From: the human T2T-CHM13v2.0 reference genome, Homo sapiens
Assembly (NCBI RefSeq): GCF_009914755.1
Contig: NC_060933.1
Reading direction: 5' to 3' (one strand)
Length of the DNA: 64,000 nt
The stretch's first letter is position 1; every line of letters begins with the position of its first letter. Positions 61,405 through 64,000 of the stretch are shown in pieces. The translations under genes were made by a program, and so were the position numbers. The notes beneath the pieces were generated by a model. It did not search any database, was not told the DNA's origin, and saw nothing but the letters and a program-made list of their open reading frames with translations.

Positions 61405-64000
61405 CATTCTCAGAAACTTGTTTGTGATGTGTGTATTCAACTAACAGAGATGAACCTTTCTTTTTACAGAGCAGTTTTGAAACACTCTTTTTGTGGAATC
61501 TGAAAGTGGATATTTGGATAGCTTTGAGGATTTCGTTGGAAACGGGATTACATATAAAACCTAGAGAGAAGCATTCTCAGGAACTTCTTTGTGATGTTTG
61601 CATTCAAGTCACAGAACTGAACATTCCCTTTCATAGAGCAAGTTTGAAACACTCTTTCTGTAGTATCTGCAAGCTGACGTTTCAAGCGCTTTCAGGCCTA
61701 TGGTGAGAAAGGAAATATCTTCAAGTAAAAACTAGACAGAAGCATTCTCAGAAACTTATTTGCGATGTGTGTTCTCAACTAACAGAGTTGAACCTTTGTT
61801 TTGATATGGCATTTTGGAAACACTCTTTTTGTAGAATCTGCAGGTGGATATTCGGATAGCTTTGAAGGTTTCGTTGGAAACGGGAATATCTTCATATAAA
61901 ATCTAGACGGAAGCATTCTCAGAAACTGCTTTGTGATGTTTTCATTCATGTCACAGAGTAGAATGTTCCCTGTTATATACCAGGTTTGAGACACTCTTTC
62001 GGCACTACCTGGAAGTGGACATTTGGAGCGCTTTGAGGCCTATGATGAAAAAGGAAATATCTTCCCATAAAAACTAGACAGAAGCATTCTCAGAAACTTG
62101 TTTGTGATGTGTGTATTCAACTAACAGAGATGAACCTTTCTTTTTACAGAGCAGTTTTGAAACACTCTTTTTGTGGAATCTGAAAGTGGATATTTGGATA
62201 GCTTTGAGGATTTCGATGGAAACGGGATTACATATAAAATCTAGAGAGAAGCATTCTCAGGAACTTCTTTGTGATGTTTGCATTCACGTCACAGAACTGA
62301 ACATTCCCTTTCATAGAGCATGTTTGAAACACTCTTTCTGTAGTATCTGCAAACGGACATTTCAAACGCTTTCAGGCCTATGGTGAGAAAGGAAATATCT
62401 TCAAATAAAAACTAGACAGCAGCATTCTCAGAAACTTATTTGCGATGTGTGTCCTCAACTAACAGAGTTGAACCTTTCTTTTGATACAACATTTTGGAAA
62501 CACTCTTTTTGTAGAATCTGCAAGTGGATATTTGGATAGCTTTGAAGGTTTCGTTGGAAACAGGAATATCTTCATATAAAATCAAGACAGAAGCATTCTC
62601 AGAAACTTCTCTGTGATGTTTGCATTCAACTCATAGAGTTGAACACTTCCCTTCATACAGCAGGTTTGAAACACTCTTTTTGTAATATTTGGAAGTGGAC
62701 ATTTGCAGCGCTTTGAGGCCTATGATGAAAAAGGTAATATCTTCCCATAAAAACTAGACAGAAGCATTCTCAGAAACTTGTTTGTGATGTGTGTATTCAA
62801 CTAACAGAGATGAACCTTTCTTTTTACAGAGCAGTTTTGAAACACTCTTTTTGTGGAATCTGAAAGTGGATATTTGGATAGCTTTGCGGATTTCGTTGGA
62901 AACGGGATTACATATAAAATCTAGGGAGAAGCATTCTCAGGAACTTCTTTGTGATGTTTGCATTCAAGTCACAGAACTGAACATTCCCTTTCATAGAGCA
63001 GGTTTGAAACACTCTTTCTGTAGTATCTGCAAGCGGACGTTTTAAGCGCTTTCAGGCCTGTGGTGAGAAAGGAAATATCTTCAAATAAAAACTAGACAGA
63101 AGCATTCTCAGAAACTTATTTGCGATGTGTGTCCTCAACTAACAGAGTTGAACCTTTCTTTTGATACAACATTTTGGAAACACTCTTTTTGTAGAATCTG
63201 CAAGTGGATATTTGGATAGCTTTGAAGGTTTCGTTGGAAACGGGAATATCTTCATATGAAATCAAGACAGAAGCATTCTCAGAAACTTCTCTGTGATGTT
63301 TGCATTCAACTCATAGAGTTGAACACTTCCCTTCATACAGCAGGTTTGAAACACTCTTTTTCTAATATTTGGAAGTGGACATTTGCAGCGCTTTGAGGCC
63401 TATGTTGAAAAAGGAAATATCTTCTCCTAAAAACCAGACAGAAGCATTCTCAGAAACTTCCTTGTGATGTGTGTACTCAAGTAACAGAGTTGAACCTTCC
63501 TTTTGACAGAGCAGTTTTGAAGCACTCTTTTTGTAGAATCTGCAAGTGGATATTTTGATACCTTTGAGGATTTCGTTGGACACGGGATATCTTCATATAA
63601 AATCTAGACAGAAGCATTCTCAGAAACTTCTTTGTGCTGTATGTCCTCAATTAACAGAGTTGAACCTTTGTGTGGATACAGCATTTTGGAAACATTCCTT
63701 TAGTAGAATCTGCAAGTTGATATTTAGATAGCTAGGAAGATTTCCTTGGAAACGGGAATATCTTCATGTAAAATCAAGACAGAAGCATTCTCAGAAACTT
63801 CTCTGTGATGTTTGCATTCAACTCACAGAGTTGAACACTTCCTTTCATAGAGCTGGTTTGAAATACTCTTTTTGTAATATTTGGAAGTGGACATTGGCAG
63901 CGCTTTGAAGCCTATGGTGAAAAAGGAGATATCTTCTCCTAAAAACCAGACAGAAGCATTCTCAGAATCTTTCTTGTGATGTGTGTACTCAAGTAACAGA
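61405..64000 (+). repeat. 18-mer HOR, truncated by the window end
   Basis: Anchors 61431, 62111, 62791, plus the CATGTAAAATCAAG 10-mer junction at 63768. Confidence 0.85.

Larger units (their letters stand above)
1..64000 (+). repeat. Centromeric alpha-satellite HOR array, suprachromosomal family 2 (D1/D2 monomers), ~376 monomers, single orientation
   Basis: CATTCTCAGAAACTT...GACAGAAG recurs every 167-171 bp across the whole window. CENP-B boxes (TTTCGTTGGAAACGGGA) mostly alternate with pJ-alpha-type monomers (CTATGGTGAGAAAGGAA / CTATGTTGAAAAAGGAA). The SF2-type GGGATTACATATAAAA shortened monomer is present. Confidence 0.99.
1..64000 (+). other. Probable human chromosome 4 alpha satellite D4Z1 (S2C4H1) family; the chr9 sister array D9Z4 is the main alternative
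   Basis: The CTGCACTACCTGGAAGTGGAC motif resembles chr4 alpha-satellite sequence as I recall it. The 680 and 1192 bp blocks give 3x680+1192=3232 bp, the reported size of the D4Z1 19-mer. A 2552-bp 15-mer, similar to the reported ~2.6-kb chr4 variant, is present. The call rests on recall, not alignment. Confidence 0.7.
42341..64000 (+). repeat. Homogeneous HOR layer built from exact 680/1192/1704-bp blocks (18-, 15- and 11-mer HORs)
   Basis: Class-A spacings from 42367 onward are 1704,680,1192,680,1192,680,680,1704,680,680,1192,680,680,1704,680,680,1704,680,1192,680,680, with no net indels. Confidence 0.9.

Noticed and set aside
236-63731. All six-frame ORFs (61-142 aa, e.g. the MYSTNRDEPFF... 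family)
   Set aside because: They are chance open frames of the satellite that recur at HOR periodicity. Many start at GTG/TTG, they open and close with single SNVs, and they have no recognisable domain. I used them only as positional markers.
1-64000. CRISPR-like repeat/spacer reading of the conserved GACAGAAGCATTCTCAGAAAC motif
   Set aside because: The intervening sequences are homologous monomer bodies, not unique spacers, and there are no cas genes.
1-64000. L1/Alu/LTR insertion or inversion
   Set aside because: Monomer phase and orientation are continuous. All class-A spacings are explained by 4, 7 or 10 monomers with indels of 8 bp or less, and I saw no poly-A tail or foreign sequence.

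Overview
The whole 64 kb window is uninterrupted primate, most likely human, centromeric alpha-satellite DNA. It holds about 376 head-to-tail ~171-bp monomers in one orientation, and I saw no genes, transposon insertions or inversions. The monomers are suprachromosomal family 2 (D1/D2) type, and CENP-B-box monomers mostly alternate with pJ-alpha-type monomers. Seven monomer classes (called A-G here) form a 7-mer (1192 bp), a 4-mer (672-680 bp) and a 10-mer (1704 bp), which combine into 11-, 15-, 18- and 19-mer higher-order repeats (HORs). My best chromosome call is the chr4 D4Z1 family, from recalled motifs and 3x680+1192=3232 bp; this is not verified by alignment. The window crosses a layer boundary near 42 kb. 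To the left is an irregular, more diverged 4-/7-mer mosaic with hybrid monomers and a near-identical duplication at a 20,897-bp (123-monomer) offset. To the right is a homogeneous 18/15/11-mer array whose duplication and deletion history can be read from shared variants. All listed ORFs are repeat artefacts. I found no new protein-coding or CRISPR-like system; the interesting signal is the structural evolution of the array.
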